A stretch of DNA of 33,457 nucleotides from Promethearchaeota archaeon (GCA_011364975.1 RDOE01000036.1:1-33457), one strand, 5' to 3'; shown: positions 1-9,526, counted from the first letter of the stretch. Numbers and translations are program-made. Notes: generated from the letters alone by a model not told the origin.

Positions 1-64
1 ATTTGACAAAATCAAAAATAGAAAATAAAAATTGTCAAACCTTCTAAAATTATCCTTGTCAAAT
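1..64. promoter_or_regulatory. Three copies of TTGTCAAA (one inverted, two direct); candidate transcription-factor binding sites
   Basis: TTTGACAA at 2-9 (reverse complement of TTGTCAAA), TTGTCAAA at 32-39 and 56-63, upstream of the first ORF. Confidence 0.4.
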
Positions 65-132
65 TTTTTAAATTACTATCTTCAAACTATTATCTTAGGA
101 ATAATAATTTAATTTATTTGGTGAGTAAAAAG

Positions 133-381
133 ATGGAATGTATAATAAATGACTCGAAAAGCATTAATAATGTTTCAATTTTTAATTCAAATGAAAGTTT
201 TCAGAGAGAATTGGCGCAAGATCATTTTCGCGCATTTATTAATGAAAAACATCGAGAATTAAATCTATATTTAAAGGCTTATAATGAAATAAGTGATAAG
301 GATTCATTTAAAGCTGACTACATTGCTTCTATAATCTATTTGATACGTTCGGAGATTAAAGAGCTACAAAATTTAATTTAA
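133..381 (+). CDS. Small hypothetical protein (~82 aa), predicted helical C-terminal half
   Basis: ORF 118..381; ATG at 133 is preceded by SD-like GGTGA (120-124); a T-tract follows the stop; no recognisable motif. Confidence 0.6.
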   Translation: MECIINDSKSINNVSIFNSNESFQRELAQDHFRAFINEKHRELNLYLKAYNEISDKDSFKADYIASIIYLIRSEIKELQNLI

Positions 382-457
382 AATGTTTTTTATCTTTAAC
401 TTTTTTTATGTAAAAAATAAAAAAATAAGGATAGTATATAAAAATAATTATATAAGT

Positions 458-1306
458 TTACTGCTCTTTATCATAGAGCTGAATTTTCTTTAATAAGGTC
501 TGTTTTGTATTATGAGGAGTTCTCATGACTGTATCATTATATTTTTCAATTTCTCGTGCTTGAACACATAAATCTGCAGCTGTCTTCATCATTTCATGTG
601 CCGCAGCTAGTAATGGCATATATTCTTCTCGTTCTTTTAATACAAAACATGCCTTTCCCGTGATTTTAGAAACTGAGGCTGCTAATTCAAAAGCAGCAAT
701 TGCTTTTGCCCTTGCATATGGATTTGAAAAATTAGCCGCTTCAGTTGCATTCGTAGCATCAATCTCTATTTGGGGTAAAGAGGGAGTTCTTCCTTCCAAC
801 ATATCCATAATTACATTATTTAACTCATTGGTAATTATATTGAGAGCTCCTGTAATAGAAAGTACCTTTAATAAATCTGAATTAAAACAACTCATCTCTA
901 TAGGGTCCAAGAAGGGCCGTCTTGCCCCGATCATTGAATCACAACCTACTATTATATAGCCTATATTCTTCTCTTTTAATTCTTCTATCGCTTTTTTAGC
1001 AGGTGCATCTGAAACTACGATTGTAGGAATTGTTCCAGCCAATTCTCGAGCCGCTTTAGGACCTTTTAGAGCAGCATTTGGACTAGACATTAATATTAGC
1101 TCTGGTTCAAATTCTAAAAGCTTCTTCATAGTTTCTATGCATTCCTCAGGAGGATGCATTTTTGCTCCAGATGTAACTTCTCTAACGCAAATTCTTGTAG
1201 ATTCAGCTCTTTCATCCATAAGAAACGCTAATAACAAAGAGGATCCTATTGTACCATTTTTTAAAATACCGATCTTTAATATTTTATCTTCGCTCATTTT
1301 TGACAT
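458..1306 (-). CDS. mtd: F420-dependent methylene-tetrahydromethanopterin dehydrogenase
   Basis: Mtd motifs KIGILKNGTIGSS, DERA, SGAKM, SPNAALKGP, DSMIGARRPFLDPIEMSCFNSD, FSNPYARAKA, AAAHEMM, RTPH; start may be ATG 1297. Confidence 0.93.
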   Translation of the reverse strand: MSKMSEDKILKIGILKNGTIGSSLLLAFLMDERAESTRICVREVTSGAKMHPPEECIETMKKLLEFEPELILMSSPNAALKGPKAARELAGTIPTIVVSDAPAKKAIEELKEKNIGYIIVGCDSMIGARRPFLDPIEMSCFNSDLLKVLSITGALNIITNELNNVIMDMLEGRTPSLPQIEIDATNATEAANFSNPYARAKAIAAFELAASVSKITGKACFVLKEREEYMPLLAAAHEMMKTAADLCVQAREIEKYNDTVMRTPHNTKQTLLKKIQLYDKEQ

Positions 1307-1395
1307 CCTATTTTTTATTGAAAATCAAAACGATTTGATTATGAATTTTTTAAATTGATAATTTATTAAAATTTTTAGGTTTTCTTTGTTTAAAA

Positions 1396-1407
1396 TTTTA
1401 TATATAA
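1396..1407. promoter_or_regulatory. TATA-box-like element in the divergent mtd/ftr intergenic region
   Basis: TTTTATATATAA preceded by an A-rich stretch, ~60 nt upstream of the ftr ATG; readable on both strands. Confidence 0.4.
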
Positions 1408-1467
1408 TCACGTTCTATTTACATTAGCAATTGTTATTAACTATTCAAAAAAAATATAGGGAAAATT

Positions 1468-2379
1468 ATGAATTTAAACGGAATTGAAATTGAAGATACG
1501 TTTTGTGAAGCTTTTGCAGCAGTTTTTACACGAATTCTAATCACTGCAAAAAATGAAAAGTGGGTAAAAACTGTTGCTCAAATCACAACAGGTTATGGGA
1601 CATCTACAATTCATTGCGATTCCGAAGCAGGAATAGATGTATTTGTTCCATCTGATAAAACCCCAGATAAACGTCCTGGAGTTATCTTGATGTTCTTTAA
1701 AACTAAAAAGGATCAAATGGATAATGTACTACTAAATAGAATTGGTCAATGTGTATTAACATGTCCTACTACAGCATGTTTTGATGCGATGATGGCTTCA
1801 TTAGACCCAGAAAAAGATTTTGAGATAAAAACAGGTTATAAACTCAAATTTTTCGGTGATAAGTTCGAAGAAAAAATAGAAAGTGCTTATCCTTTCGAAG
1901 CTTGGAAAATACCTGTGATGGACGGTGAATTTGTGGTTCAAAGCAATTTTAAAGTGGGAAAGGGAATAGCAGGAGGAAATTTCTTGATAATGGGGGAGAC
2001 CCAAGATGCTGCCTTAGAAGCTGCAGAAAAAGCTGTTGAAGCAATTAAAAATGTTGAAAATGTGATTGCTCCCTTCCCTGGAGGCATAGCACGTTCGGGT
2101 TCTAAAGTTGGTTCGAAATATAGTTTCCTAAATGCATCCACGAATGATCCTCTATGTCCTACATTAAGAAAGAAAACTGAGGGTTCATTATTAGGAGAAA
2201 CTGATAATTGTGTTTACGAAGTAATTCTTGATGGTGCTACAGAAGCTGCTATTAAAGAAGCAATGAAATTAGGGATCCAAGCAGCGGTAAAAGTATCAGG
2301 AGTAAACAGGATCAGCGCGGGAAATTATGGAGGAAAACTGGGAAAATTCCAATACAGATTACATGATATTCTTAAATAG
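1468..2379 (+). CDS. ftr: Formylmethanofuran--tetrahydromethanopterin N-formyltransferase
   Basis: Ftr motifs NGIEIEDTFCEAF, TPDKRPG, RIGQCVLTCPTTACF, GIAGGNFLI, PFPGGIARSGSKVGS, ISAGNYGGKLG. Confidence 0.96.
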   Translation: MNLNGIEIEDTFCEAFAAVFTRILITAKNEKWVKTVAQITTGYGTSTIHCDSEAGIDVFVPSDKTPDKRPGVILMFFKTKKDQMDNVLLNRIGQCVLTCPTTACFDAMMASLDPEKDFEIKTGYKLKFFGDKFEEKIESAYPFEAWKIPVMDGEFVVQSNFKVGKGIAGGNFLIMGETQDAALEAAEKAVEAIKNVENVIAPFPGGIARSGSKVGSKYSFLNASTNDPLCPTLRKKTEGSLLGETDNCVYEVILDGATEAAIKEAMKLGIQAAVKVSGVNRISAGNYGGKLGKFQYRLHDILK

Positions 2380-2418
2380 AAAAAACTTTTACTTTAAAAA
2401 GTAATATAAAAAATTATT

Positions 2419-4134
2419 TTATTTTAATTTTCTTTTTATTCTTCTTTGATTTAGTCGATTTGAATCTTCAGATTTTTCAGAATCAGAAATTTCAGCTTCT
2501 TCTAATTCAGTTACTTTTTCTATAGCTTCTTTTTTTTGTTTCTTTGGTTTTATAACTGAGGTTAATTTTTTGGTTGAAATTTCCTTTCCTTCTTCATATT
2601 TAGATTTGAATTTTCTGTATAAGATACCAATTCCACCTAATAATCCAATAATAACTCCAATAACAAAGCCAACCCAGAGCAGAATTGGAGTAAGTAAATC
2701 AGGAATAATTCTAAGCTCTTGAGGCCCTAAACCAAAATCCGAAGTTAAGTATGTAGTTTCCCCATCAGCATCCGTAATAGAAATATAAACATACCAAACA
2801 CCTGTTAATAATTCTTCAGTTCTTATAATAAATTCCATATTCTGTCGATATGCTTTTGATAAGTTGTACCATTCATTCTCTTCATTTATTAGATGCACAG
2901 AAACATAAGTTATTGAATTTTCTACGTCTGAAACATTAAAAGTGAATATAATATCATCACCATAATCCACTTCAATGCTTTCTTCCATGGAAAAGCCATT
3001 TATAGTATAACTATAAATTTCTGGAGGATTATTTTGGACTGTAATGCTAGATGTATATGAATCAGATCCTCCATATTGGTCTTCAACCTCAATAGTGACT
3101 TGATATATACCTATCGGTTTGTTTGCAGCAATCTTGAATGTTGTGGTAAAACTCCAATCATCATTATTATCTAAAATTATAGCTGATTGAGAGAATCCAA
3201 AGGAATCCTTTATGATTATAGATACAGTAAGATTTTCAGGAACGGTAGCATAGTCATGATCGCTAACATTAAGTGTTAAGATACAATCCTCCGCTCGCTT
3301 TATTGTTGTGGACGAAAACTCAATTGTAGAAATCTCAATTTCTGGATCTGAATTTAGCACGGTAAATGGAAAGTAAGCCGGAACTTTTAGATTATAAGAC
3401 GGATCTGATAAATTTAGTTTAACATAATATATTTTATTTGAAAATTCAAAACGTTCATCGATTTTGAAAGAAAATTGCTGTACATTATTTGATACATGAA
3501 ATAGATTAGCTGCGATGGTTTCATTTTCATTATCTACAACAGTAATATTCCAATTAAAATTATAAGGTTGAGGTTCATCACTTACCATTAACTCTGCATA
3601 AAGATAATTATCCTTATAATATTCAGAACTATTAAAAACCATTAAATAGTTTGTCTTAATTGTAAAATTGGTTATGGGTAAATCTGAACTCAATAGAACA
3701 TTGGAGGTGTTATATATCAAGAAGCTAATGTTATGAAAGCCTAAGGGAGCATTATATCTTGGTGTATAAGTATAGGTGAAATTATGAGTTCCAGAGACAT
3801 ATTGCATATCCAAATTTTCACTGCTACTATCTGAATAATCAATTTTCATTTTTGTATGGTTAGCATATAGGAAACTTGCGGTATTGACATTAAACTCAAT
3901 TGATTCAAAAAGCTTATATACCGAAGTTGTATTCTGATAAAAAGCGGAATAATTCAGAGAAGGTTTACCATTATCAGCCGCATTAATTCTATTAAGTTTA
4001 TCATCAAATTTTTGGATGAGTATATGATTTTCATCCATATGAAAGCTCTCAATGAAAAGAAAAAAATTAGCAAATACAATAGATACAATAATTGTAGATA
4101 AAATAAAGCCTAATTTCTTGTTTTTTTTATTCAT
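2419..4134 (-). CDS. Membrane-anchored cell-surface protein with tandem Ig/cadherin-like beta domains
   Basis: N-terminal hydrophobic helix, beta-rich ectodomain with repeated NSDPEI/NNPPEI, VSDHD/VSDVE and VEDQYGG/ITDADG motifs, many N-x-S/T sequons, C-terminal Gly-rich TM helix and a charged tail. Confidence 0.7.
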   Translation of the reverse strand: MNKKNKKLGFILSTIIVSIVFANFFLFIESFHMDENHILIQKFDDKLNRINAADNGKPSLNYSAFYQNTTSVYKLFESIEFNVNTASFLYANHTKMKIDYSDSSSENLDMQYVSGTHNFTYTYTPRYNAPLGFHNISFLIYNTSNVLLSSDLPITNFTIKTNYLMVFNSSEYYKDNYLYAELMVSDEPQPYNFNWNITVVDNENETIAANLFHVSNNVQQFSFKIDERFEFSNKIYYVKLNLSDPSYNLKVPAYFPFTVLNSDPEIEISTIEFSSTTIKRAEDCILTLNVSDHDYATVPENLTVSIIIKDSFGFSQSAIILDNNDDWSFTTTFKIAANKPIGIYQVTIEVEDQYGGSDSYTSSITVQNNPPEIYSYTINGFSMEESIEVDYGDDIIFTFNVSDVENSITYVSVHLINEENEWYNLSKAYRQNMEFIIRTEELLTGVWYVYISITDADGETTYLTSDFGLGPQELRIIPDLLTPILLWVGFVIGVIIGLLGGIGILYRKFKSKYEEGKEISTKKLTSVIKPKKQKKEAIEKVTELEEAEISDSEKSEDSNRLNQRRIKRKLK

Positions 4135-4141
4135 ATTATTA

Positions 4142-6895
4142 TCATCTTTTTAACAGTTTATGTTTGATTTCTTTATTTTTATAAAATAAGATTATTGCTA
4201 CGGGTATTATAAGCGGAAGCATGTAGAAGACAATTAAATTAAATGCTGATAATTCTAAATCTATAATGTAATAATACCGAACAATAATATCTCCACTAGC
4301 ATCTCTCAATTCAAAAATGTAAGATTTTGATTGAAAATCATATGGATTAAGACTTACAACTACAGATGTACTAATTCTATTAATACCTGGTCCCATCGAG
4401 TTTATATTAGTATTAACCTGCTCTCCATTTATATATAAACTAAATGATTCTGATATCTCTTGATTATTACGAATAAATAAGATAAAAATGGCTGATTCTC
4501 CCGAAGATACTTTATCCGTGAACGAGGCACTTATGATTTCAAATTTTGGGATCACTTCAATTGAAAACTCTTCTGTATAAAAGATTGTTGAACCTTTAGA
4601 TATTTCCATTTTAGCTTCAATCATTTGTGATATTATATTTGAAAAATCTAATAAATAATACATTGTTTTAATTTCATTTTCATTCAAAATAACTTCTCCT
4701 TTATGAATTAAGGATTCTCCCTCAAAGAAACTTATATTTAAGTTCTGGGTATTATTTGGTAAGAAATTTATTAAGCTAACAGAGACATAAGCAGTTTCAC
4801 CTTCTACGATTTTATTTTCAAAAATAAAATTAGTATAATCGAAGGAGTATCCAATTTGAATGTTTTCTAATATTTCTAAATAAGTAATATTAACTTTTGT
4901 CAAAGAAAAATTTATTATGTGAGGACCCACATTAGCGCCAAGAGTGGTGGTGAGATTAAAAGTAACATTTGTTAAAACATTTGAAACAAAGTTAATTGTT
5001 TGGAACTCATTTATTATATCAGCCCCCTCCATAGATACCATTAATTCGACATCATCAAGGCGTGTGTTATTAATAGGTAATGTAATATTTAAGATAGGCC
5101 CTTGATATAATACACTGGGTAAACCTTGAATTGTATTATAGATTAGCCCGGAAATTACATTAAAATTATTGATATTATAGGCTGTTCTGAACATTGTAGA
5201 ATTAGCTATTATAAAAATAGAATAGTCTTGTCCGATTTCCAACTCATCAGTTATGCCATATAATAAAGTAGATGTGTTAGCTATTATTAGTTCTGTTGTT
5301 TGAGAAATAATCTCTTGTTCGGGATTTTTAAAAATATATGTAATAACAGCATCATTTATTATATATTCTATAGTAAACGACTCATATTTCATAGTTGATA
5401 CATTAAAGAATTTACCATTATTTATATAAAAATATGAACTGGTTATATTCATAGTATCCTGATTAAACACATAATTAGGAATCTCGTCTGTAACGTTATA
5501 AAAAGAGACTAATGTTGTACTGTTATAAATGTTAAAAGCGTTAAGATATGCTTCGATCAATTTAAGATTCATATTTAGATTTTTATTATTATCTACAGGA
5601 GAGTCAATTGAGGTGTTATAAGAATTAACAGCAGTATCAAAGAATGAATTTTCAAACGTTTCAAACAATTCCCATGCCCTATTGTAATAGGTAAGATTTC
5701 CAGTAAATTCAAATAGTTTTAAGCAAGCTGACATCATAACTGAATTAGCTTCAAGATTTATTGAGGAATTATCTGAAAGAAGCCAAGTTCCGTCTTTACT
5801 ATATTCATATGCTTTAAAACCGGGATTCCATAAAGCTTCCAAAAGGTTAAATGTAGATATTGCGTATTGCTTATAAATTGAATTACTTTTCATTCCTGTT
5901 TCAATCCAATAATTTAATAAAGTAATTATCGCAATTGCATTAGTCTCCAAATATTTATAATCACTATTTGTATCTGTTGTCCAATCATTCTTCCCAAAAT
6001 ATTCAAAACCTCCCCAGGTGGAATCCCATAATTCATTTATTAATTTTGTCATCGTTAAATTAGCTAGTTCATAGGCTCTATTCTTAATCGTAGTATCGAG
6101 CCCAAGTTCTTCATAATATTTGTGAATTTCAAGTAGAGCAAGAATAGCATAGAAATTGCTTTCTGCGTATTTATAATTTGTTGAATTATGATGGAAAAAA
6201 CCACTATAAGTGTCATCCCAGAATTGATCAGAATCGATTAAGTGGAATATTTCTTCAATAGAATCTGAGGGATATTTGGAGTTTATGGAGAAATCATTAA
6301 TGTGATATCCAATATTTTCTATTAAAAGAAAAATGGGCATTAGATTATCAATTAAATATCGAGTATCATCATAAATTTTTCCTGTAGTATCATCAACGGA
6401 TCGAACAAAACCATATTCGTACGAATTAATGCTACTTTGATACCATAATTTTGTCTCCTGGAGTTTTAAATAAGTATCAAAGGTATCATATTCATCTATT
6501 TGTTCCTTTAATAATGATTTATAAAGCAGTAAATTATCAAAAGAATAAACCTTGTCGCTTAAAATTACACCAATATCGCTTCCAAAACGATAATAAGTAT
6601 TCATATCAATATCTAGCTCAGATTTATATTTAGAGTTAAAAAATGACCAAATTTTACTAAAATTAATTTTAAAGGGATCTTGAAAAATTTCTAAGCCCAC
6701 TGCTGATTCGATATTTGTATCATTAAATTCCGATGGATTTGTATAAATTGAGAATGACTCATTAGCTTGTCTATAATAACTATAAAATTGAGTTATGAAA
6801 AACAAAAAAATAATAAGTAAACACAAACCATCTCTATATCTCAACGTTTTTCTCTTTTTCCAGGGGCTTATAGAGTTACATTTTAAAATCTTCAT
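4142..6895 (-). CDS. Large membrane-anchored surface protein: (alpha/alpha)6-barrel-like domain (AGE/GH76/six-hairpin glycosidase-like) plus beta-sandwich stalk and C-terminal TM
   Basis: N-terminal TM, repeated helix-start motifs (KVYSFDN, RYLIDN, KYAESN, KYLETN, INLEAN, KNLNMN) alternating with FWD..YSGF / LWD..WGGF / LWN.GF / FFD, FEFTGNLTYYNRA, beta-rich C-terminal half, C-terminal TM plus basic tail. Confidence 0.65.
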   Translation of the reverse strand: MKILKCNSISPWKKRKTLRYRDGLCLLIIFLFFITQFYSYYRQANESFSIYTNPSEFNDTNIESAVGLEIFQDPFKINFSKIWSFFNSKYKSELDIDMNTYYRFGSDIGVILSDKVYSFDNLLLYKSLLKEQIDEYDTFDTYLKLQETKLWYQSSINSYEYGFVRSVDDTTGKIYDDTRYLIDNLMPIFLLIENIGYHINDFSINSKYPSDSIEEIFHLIDSDQFWDDTYSGFFHHNSTNYKYAESNFYAILALLEIHKYYEELGLDTTIKNRAYELANLTMTKLINELWDSTWGGFEYFGKNDWTTDTNSDYKYLETNAIAIITLLNYWIETGMKSNSIYKQYAISTFNLLEALWNPGFKAYEYSKDGTWLLSDNSSINLEANSVMMSACLKLFEFTGNLTYYNRAWELFETFENSFFDTAVNSYNTSIDSPVDNNKNLNMNLKLIEAYLNAFNIYNSTTLVSFYNVTDEIPNYVFNQDTMNITSSYFYINNGKFFNVSTMKYESFTIEYIINDAVITYIFKNPEQEIISQTTELIIANTSTLLYGITDELEIGQDYSIFIIANSTMFRTAYNINNFNVISGLIYNTIQGLPSVLYQGPILNITLPINNTRLDDVELMVSMEGADIINEFQTINFVSNVLTNVTFNLTTTLGANVGPHIINFSLTKVNITYLEILENIQIGYSFDYTNFIFENKIVEGETAYVSVSLINFLPNNTQNLNISFFEGESLIHKGEVILNENEIKTMYYLLDFSNIISQMIEAKMEISKGSTIFYTEEFSIEVIPKFEIISASFTDKVSSGESAIFILFIRNNQEISESFSLYINGEQVNTNINSMGPGINRISTSVVVSLNPYDFQSKSYIFELRDASGDIIVRYYYIIDLELSAFNLIVFYMLPLIIPVAIILFYKNKEIKHKLLKR

Positions 6896-7005
6896 AATAA
6901 TTACTATTAGCAGTTTAAGTTATTTTGTAATAAAAGTTATACTTTTTAAAAAAATTTTCATATCATTAAAATTTTATTCTGAAAATCTCTGTTAATTTAA
7001 GATAT

Positions 7006-8508
7006 TTAAACTATATTTTGTTTTAATTGCCTTTGAATAAATTTAATAATTTCGGATATTGCTAATCTTTTCTGCTCCATAGAGTCTCTAAATCTAATAG
7101 TGACACTATCATCTTCGAGAGACTCATAATCAATAGTCACACAGAAAGGTGTTCCCAACTCATCTTGCCTCCTATATCGCTTTCCAATCGACCCGGATTG
7201 ATCAAAATATGACACAATTCTTTCTTGAAGTATTGATTTATGCACTTTTTTTGCAAGATCAAGTATATCTGGTTTATTTTTCACTAAAGGAAAAACGGCG
7301 ACTGTAATGGGCGCAAGATGAGAATCTAAGCGCAAATTAATTCTCTCCTCCTCAACATTGAAAGCAGTCTCCAATAAAGTATAAATAATTCTATCTGGAC
7401 CAAACGCAATTTCGAGGATTTGAGGAATTTCTTTCACGTTAGGATCTGAACCCATGGAAGTTTCAAAGTTTTGGTTAGAGAAAATTCCATGTTGTTTGAG
7501 ATCATAATCAGTCCTATCGTGAACACCACAAATTTCGACCCATCCAAATTGTTGAGTATAAATCTCGAGATCCCAAGCATCATCAGCATAATGAGCCATT
7601 TCATAGGGTGAATGCTGCCTAAATCTAATTATTTCTTCTGGAAAGCCTAACTTTTTAGTCAAATAATGTGCTATAAACAAACAGTACGCGAAAGCAGGTT
7701 TTTTAAGGATTTTTTTTGTAATTGAATCTGCTAAGCTAATTTTATTTGCAATATCTATTTTTTTTTTCTGTAATTTCCAATCTAATAATGGTAATATATG
7801 AGTTTTAAATTCCTCATATTCCTCATAATTCATTTCTTGTTCCTTTCCTATGAATAATTGTATCTCAAATTGATCAAATGCTCTCATTCTTAAAACTTGT
7901 TGCCTTGGAGATATTTCATTTCTGTAAGCTTTCCCATATTGAAAAACTTTGATCGGATATTGTCTTCTAGCATCCTGATTTAAACGGTTAAATAATAGGT
8001 ATGTTGTAGTTGCGGTTTCTGGTCGCAAATAGGCGATAACATCGCTTCCAACAATTGTTTTAAGCATTAAATTATATTCTTCAACTTTCTTTAGAGTTGT
8101 TTCGCATTTCGGACATTTAATTGAAAATTTTTTTATTAATTGATTCATTTCTTCAAATGATAACCCATCAATCATTTGATCTGGTAATTTTTCTTTTAAG
8201 AATTTATCAGCTCGGAGAATATTATTACATTTTTCACATTTGATTACAGGATCAATAAAGCGTTCTAAATGTCCCGAAGCCTTCCACACAATTTCGGGCA
8301 TTATAGTTGGGCATTCTACTTCTACAAACTCGAAGGCTCTAAGTTCGGTTCTAAATAATGATAGAATATTATTTTTTAAAGCCATTCCCGCTGGACCGTA
8401 TGAATAAAATCCCGCTAGTCCACCATATATCTCTGGACTGGGACCCCATATGAAACCACGCCTTCGTATTAAGGAATTAAAGGTTTCAAGATTATCTTCA
8501 ATTCTCAT
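7006..8508 (-). CDS. glyS: Glycine--tRNA ligase, alpha2 (archaeal/eukaryotic) type
   Basis: RRRGF, EIYGGLAGFYSYGPAG, WKASGH, YLRPETA, GKAYRNEISPR, MAHYA, DRTDYDL, SIGKRYRRQDELGTPFCVTID; CxxC..CxxC zinc insert. Confidence 0.96.
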   Translation of the reverse strand: MRIEDNLETFNSLIRRRGFIWGPSPEIYGGLAGFYSYGPAGMALKNNILSLFRTELRAFEFVEVECPTIMPEIVWKASGHLERFIDPVIKCEKCNNILRADKFLKEKLPDQMIDGLSFEEMNQLIKKFSIKCPKCETTLKKVEEYNLMLKTIVGSDVIAYLRPETATTTYLLFNRLNQDARRQYPIKVFQYGKAYRNEISPRQQVLRMRAFDQFEIQLFIGKEQEMNYEEYEEFKTHILPLLDWKLQKKKIDIANKISLADSITKKILKKPAFAYCLFIAHYLTKKLGFPEEIIRFRQHSPYEMAHYADDAWDLEIYTQQFGWVEICGVHDRTDYDLKQHGIFSNQNFETSMGSDPNVKEIPQILEIAFGPDRIIYTLLETAFNVEEERINLRLDSHLAPITVAVFPLVKNKPDILDLAKKVHKSILQERIVSYFDQSGSIGKRYRRQDELGTPFCVTIDYESLEDDSVTIRFRDSMEQKRLAISEIIKFIQRQLKQNIV

Positions 8509-8585
8509 ATCAAATCAGATGGTTCTTTAATGGTATTAAAAATTCTTGATAATATTTGTAGTTTAAGTTTAGCTAAAAATCAAAA

Positions 8586-8595
8586 TTTATATATA
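8586..8595. promoter_or_regulatory. TATA-box-like element midway between divergent glyS and the 7TM gene
   Basis: AAAA-TTTATATATA located ~77 nt from each start codon. Confidence 0.35.
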
Positions 8596-8671
8596 GCTAA
8601 AAGATAGTATTATTATAATTTCGAGATAATATTTGGTTTTAATAATTTAATTACACTCATAGTGTACAGTT

Positions 8672-9526
8672 ATGATTTTGCAAGGAAATTTCCAATTTTT
8701 TGATATTTGGGATTCTGTTGAGTCAAGTCTCTACTATGTAATTATTGGATATTATGTTTTAATATTCTTCTACTTTTTATTAATGAGATTTCGCACTTCA
8801 AAGAAGCTATATTGGCTATATTTTTCATTATTGTTTCTATGTTTAGCTATAGGGCGAGTATTTTTTATAATATACTATTTTTATACTCCCGAGTTAAAGG
8901 GAATTATAAGTGACGCTGAAATTGTTTCACAGTTAATGATCTATTACCGATTAGCTACTTTCGCTACGTGGTTGGGGATTTCGTGTCTTATGGGTGTACT
9001 TGGTACATTAATCTTCCCACCACTGACAAATTCTACAGAGACGAGAATAGGAAATAATTTTGCTGATAAAATTAAACTTTTCTTCCAAAATAAGAGTGTT
9101 CGAAATTTATTGAAATTTCTGTTAATAATTATCCCAATACTTGTGGCAATTTTAGCTCTAATACTTTCAGATGCTTTATTTATGGATCCTGATTTTGTTG
9201 ATGAATATGGTGTTCCTCAATCAAGTTTAATAGTAATTTTTGGATACCCGGTGGGGAGGGCTGTTTTAAACTTTATCTTATTGCCTTTGTTTGTAGCAAT
9301 AATTCCATTCATGTTTATCTATTTAGCGATTAAAACTTTCGGCGTTTTAAGAAGATCCTATGCTTTAAATGCAATAGGCTTTTTTCTATACTTTATTGGC
9401 AGAATATTGCAAGGATTGCTTGATACTATGGGAGCGACTAATACGCGTGCAATATTGCCTCCATTATTAATATTATTATCACTCTTGTTAATAGTAATTG
9501 CTAATAATTATGAACAATTAAAGTAA
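8672..9526 (+). CDS. Stand-alone seven-transmembrane protein of unknown function
   Basis: Seven hydrophobic segments readable in the translation, a long polar loop after TM3, no soluble output domain. Confidence 0.7.
   Translation: MILQGNFQFFDIWDSVESSLYYVIIGYYVLIFFYFLLMRFRTSKKLYWLYFSLLFLCLAIGRVFFIIYYFYTPELKGIISDAEIVSQLMIYYRLATFATWLGISCLMGVLGTLIFPPLTNSTETRIGNNFADKIKLFFQNKSVRNLLKFLLIIIPILVAILALILSDALFMDPDFVDEYGVPQSSLIVIFGYPVGRAVLNFILLPLFVAIIPFMFIYLAIKTFGVLRRSYALNAIGFFLYFIGRILQGLLDTMGATNTRAILPPLLILLSLLLIVIANNYEQLK

Noticed and set aside
660-2141. Short ORFs 660..959(+), 1137..1358(+), 1801..2004(-), 1938..2141(-)
   Set aside because: Antisense shadows of the well-supported mtd and ftr genes; no motifs
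2389-2404. TTACTTT-AA-AAAGTAA inverted repeat between convergent ftr and the surface-protein gene
   Set aside because: Short and almost all A/T; expected by chance at this composition, at most part of a terminator
4135-4144. TGA stop of the 917-aa gene (and TGA at 32525-32527) as selenocysteine or readthrough sites
   Set aside because: Each TGA is immediately followed by an in-frame TAA and the proteins are complete
6451-6995. ORFs 6451..6633(+) and 6795..6995(+)
   Set aside because: Antisense to the 917-aa gene or running into AT-rich intergenic DNA; low-complexity translations
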